Source: Balanoglossus misakiensis
Taxonomy: Eukaryota > Animalia > Hemichordata
DNA: 64,000 bases
Direction: 5' to 3'
Assembly: GCA_040954595.2 (NCBI GenBank)
Contig: CM082595.2
Location: forward strand, 1,077,690 to 1,141,689
This document shows, one piece after another, positions 61,701-64,000 of this stretch (its first letter is position 1; every line of letters starts with the position of its first letter). A program made the translations under genes and the position numbers. A model generated the notes under the pieces. It did not search any database and was not told the origin of the DNA. It saw only the letters and a program-made list of their open reading frames with translations.

Positions 61701-63146
61701 ACCCCCAGTTCCCTGTTTAGAGGTCCAACCTTACCATAGAAAACAATGGGTTTGGACTAAACCATGGAGCTGAAAGGGTTAAAATTTTGTGTTGTGTATT
61801 ATGATTAACAGGAACGAGGAGATAACATGCAAACTCGATGGTACAGAGCTCCTGAGATCGCTTTTGGTGGAGACTTCAATGAAGCCATAGATATGTGGAG
61901 TCTTGGAACTATTGTCTATGAAATGTTCACCGGAAATATCCTCTTTCCTGCTGCTAAATCGGTAAGTTTGCAACATACAAAACGCTTGCAGACCATCACC
62001 ATGGAGTTTCAACTTTATATAATAAATCTGAGTACTGTATAAAATGGGTTATTTTCGCGAGCAATAAATTTTCATGAAATATGCGTGAGCCAGTAAAATG
62101 TGAAAATTTAAAGTCACATAAAATGATTTTCGGAGATAACTATCCAGTAAAAATAAGAGAACGTGATAATTAATCCTCGCATAACAGTTGCCTCCTTTGA
62201 TATCGTGAAAATTTCCTGTCACGAAAATAACCCATTTTACAGTATTTGTACATGATTTTGATATTGTTGTCTTTGATAATACATGTAGTTAATCCATTTA
62301 TATGTTGTTATCTTTCCACAGCCACAGTTGGTCAAAATGTACCGCGAACTCTTGGGCGAAGTTCCCAACTCACTTCTGGACAACGGAAAGAAAACTGGCG
62401 AGTATTTCTATCACGCACCAGATGGAACATATGTATTGTTCAAAGGTATACTGGAAAAATCTCCGGTGAGTATCTGATTTAAAAAATCTTACCCAGTTTC
62501 CTTGTTGTTTGGTTTAACCCTATAGTGTTCCATGAGATAGTTGGACTCATGTATTATGAAATAGGGATGAAAGGGTAGTATTTTACTGATGGTTACTGGA
62601 CTTTACCATAAGCACACTCAAGTCAGGGGAACTTACAAGTGATAAGCTATTTATGCAGCTTTTGCTGTGTCCACAAACACAGGGGTGTAGAAACAGACAC
62701 AGACACACACACACAAACAAGCACACACATGCATAATACACACACATATGTAATACGTAATACCATATGGGGTGAAAGGGATTGAGCTGAAATACTTTGC
62801 TAAAGGAAAGAAGTTCATACCAATGACTGGTATATAAAACAAACAAAGTCGATCAAACTTATATACAGCATGATTTCAAAGCAGTCAGAACTGGACAGGT
62901 TCTCACATTCTGTGCTAATTGAAAATGAAGTATTCTTTTATAAAAACAGGGATATGATAAACTTCTATAACATTTTAAATTGTCACACGACAGCTAGGTG
63001 AAGGAATATTTGATATTTGATTTTTAGCCGAAGCCTCTGAGTAAACCTTTAAAGAGTAGGATAAGATACGCTGACGTGATCGAGAATGAGTCAGGAAGAT
63101 TTCCTGACAAGGAGGACTTTGCCAATTTCTGTGATTTGGTGGAAAG
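58752..63146 (+). CDS. Divergent CMGC (DYRK/HIPK-like) protein kinase with Pro-rich N-terminus; start uncertain, C-terminus beyond the window
   Basis: Exons ~58752-58828, 59194-60303, 60644-60797, 61316-61602, 61812-61961, 62321-62466 and 63028-63146 splice in frame. [13 protein letters not shown], alpha[42 protein letters not shown]. Confidence 0.85.
61694..61778. mobile_element. 85-bp piggyBac-like MITE, intact copy in the opposite orientation
   Basis: TTAA|CCCTTTCACCCCCAGTTCCC...TGAAAGGG|TTAA. Confidence 0.8.
62035..62242. mobile_element. ~210-bp Tc1/mariner-like MITE (TA target site)
   Basis: TA|CTGTATAAAATGGGTTATTTTCG ... CGAAAATAACCCATTTTACAG|TA. A related half-element lies at ~5316-5385. 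Confidence 0.7.
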
Positions 63147-63348
63147 GTTAGTTGTAGGGAAATAATCACAGTAAGATAACATTAGTCAGGCCAGTGTTTT
63201 GAGAAATATTTTAGATTTTATACTTAGAGTTGTAGGTATAAAAGATTAAATTTGACAAGTGATAGTCATAGCAACAGCAGTGATTGCGTTGTACTTGTAG
63301 ATTAATTTTTTAATAGTGAAAACAGAAAAGTCTAGTTATCGCATGGGA

Positions 63349-63624
63349 ACATCTATTAGCGCCTACCAATAAGTGAGTACTGTAAAAGTTGTAGGATAGG
63401 TTAAATACATTCATGTAGATGAAAATGGCTAGGACTAAAGATATAATTGCTTTGTGCATGAGACTTTATACCATAATAAACAACTAAGTAAATTTGTAAT
63501 CAAGTACATCGTGTGTGAATACTTCAAAGGCCTATTAGCTTAACTGTCTGATATTTTTAATCTCAAAATGTCTTCCAATAGACATCTATTAGCGCCTACC
63601 AATAATTCAGCACTGTAAAAGTTG
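63349..63624. repeat. Two-copy ~44-bp direct repeat about 230 bp apart
   Basis: ACATCTATTAGCGCCTACCAATAA...ACTGTAAAAGTTGT at ~63350 and ~63582. Confidence 0.7.
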
Positions 63625-64000
63625 TCTTTGCAATAATATTCCCAACACTTTTCTTATACAAAGATGTAGAGAATATATTGTCACAATATAGTAAATTCGA
63701 TGTCCTGTAGATGGCACTACGTTACATCAGTAAAGATTGTATGCGCCATTTCCTCTGTTTATTGTACATCTGCATGAATGTGGCAGTGATTGCAATGATT
63801 TTCTGCAAATTTGTGATTGTATTCCCATTTTGTGATCAATAATATATATCTACAAATCCTATAATAAGTACATTGAACGAACTAGTTTGAATTGACATTG
63901 ATAATAATGTTCGCATGTGTCTTTAGTTTTCTATCTATTCATGTATCTCTCTATGATACTGCAAGCTAGTTTCCTCAAAATGTCACCATATAACTTCTTC

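Overview
AT-rich, intron-dense animal genomic DNA, probably a marine invertebrate deuterostome (inferred from gene content and style, not provable here). I read ten spliced genes in order: the 3' part of an initiator caspase (caspase-9-like, +); an unrecognised 244-aa four-exon gene (-); class I PI3K catalytic p110 beta/delta-like (-); an unrecognised 237-aa acidic protein built from five copies of one motif (-); ODAD1/CCDC63-like outer dynein arm docking protein (+); urease accessory GTPase UreG (-); a full-length single-chain urease (+); spermidine synthase (-); HGSNAT (-); and a divergent DYRK/HIPK-like CMGC kinase with a Pro-rich N-terminus (+, runs off the window). The most notable feature is an intron-rich animal urease head-to-head with ureG (about 0.4 kb between start codons) and convergent with spermidine synthase. 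Also notable are a 2.3-kb tandem/fold-back array of about 245-bp units at 26.5-28.8 kb and the two orphan genes. Non-autonomous DNA transposons include Kolobok-like, Helentron/HINE-like, piggyBac-like and Tc1/mariner-like elements. Exon boundaries were read by eye and may be off by a few bases. No database searches were run.
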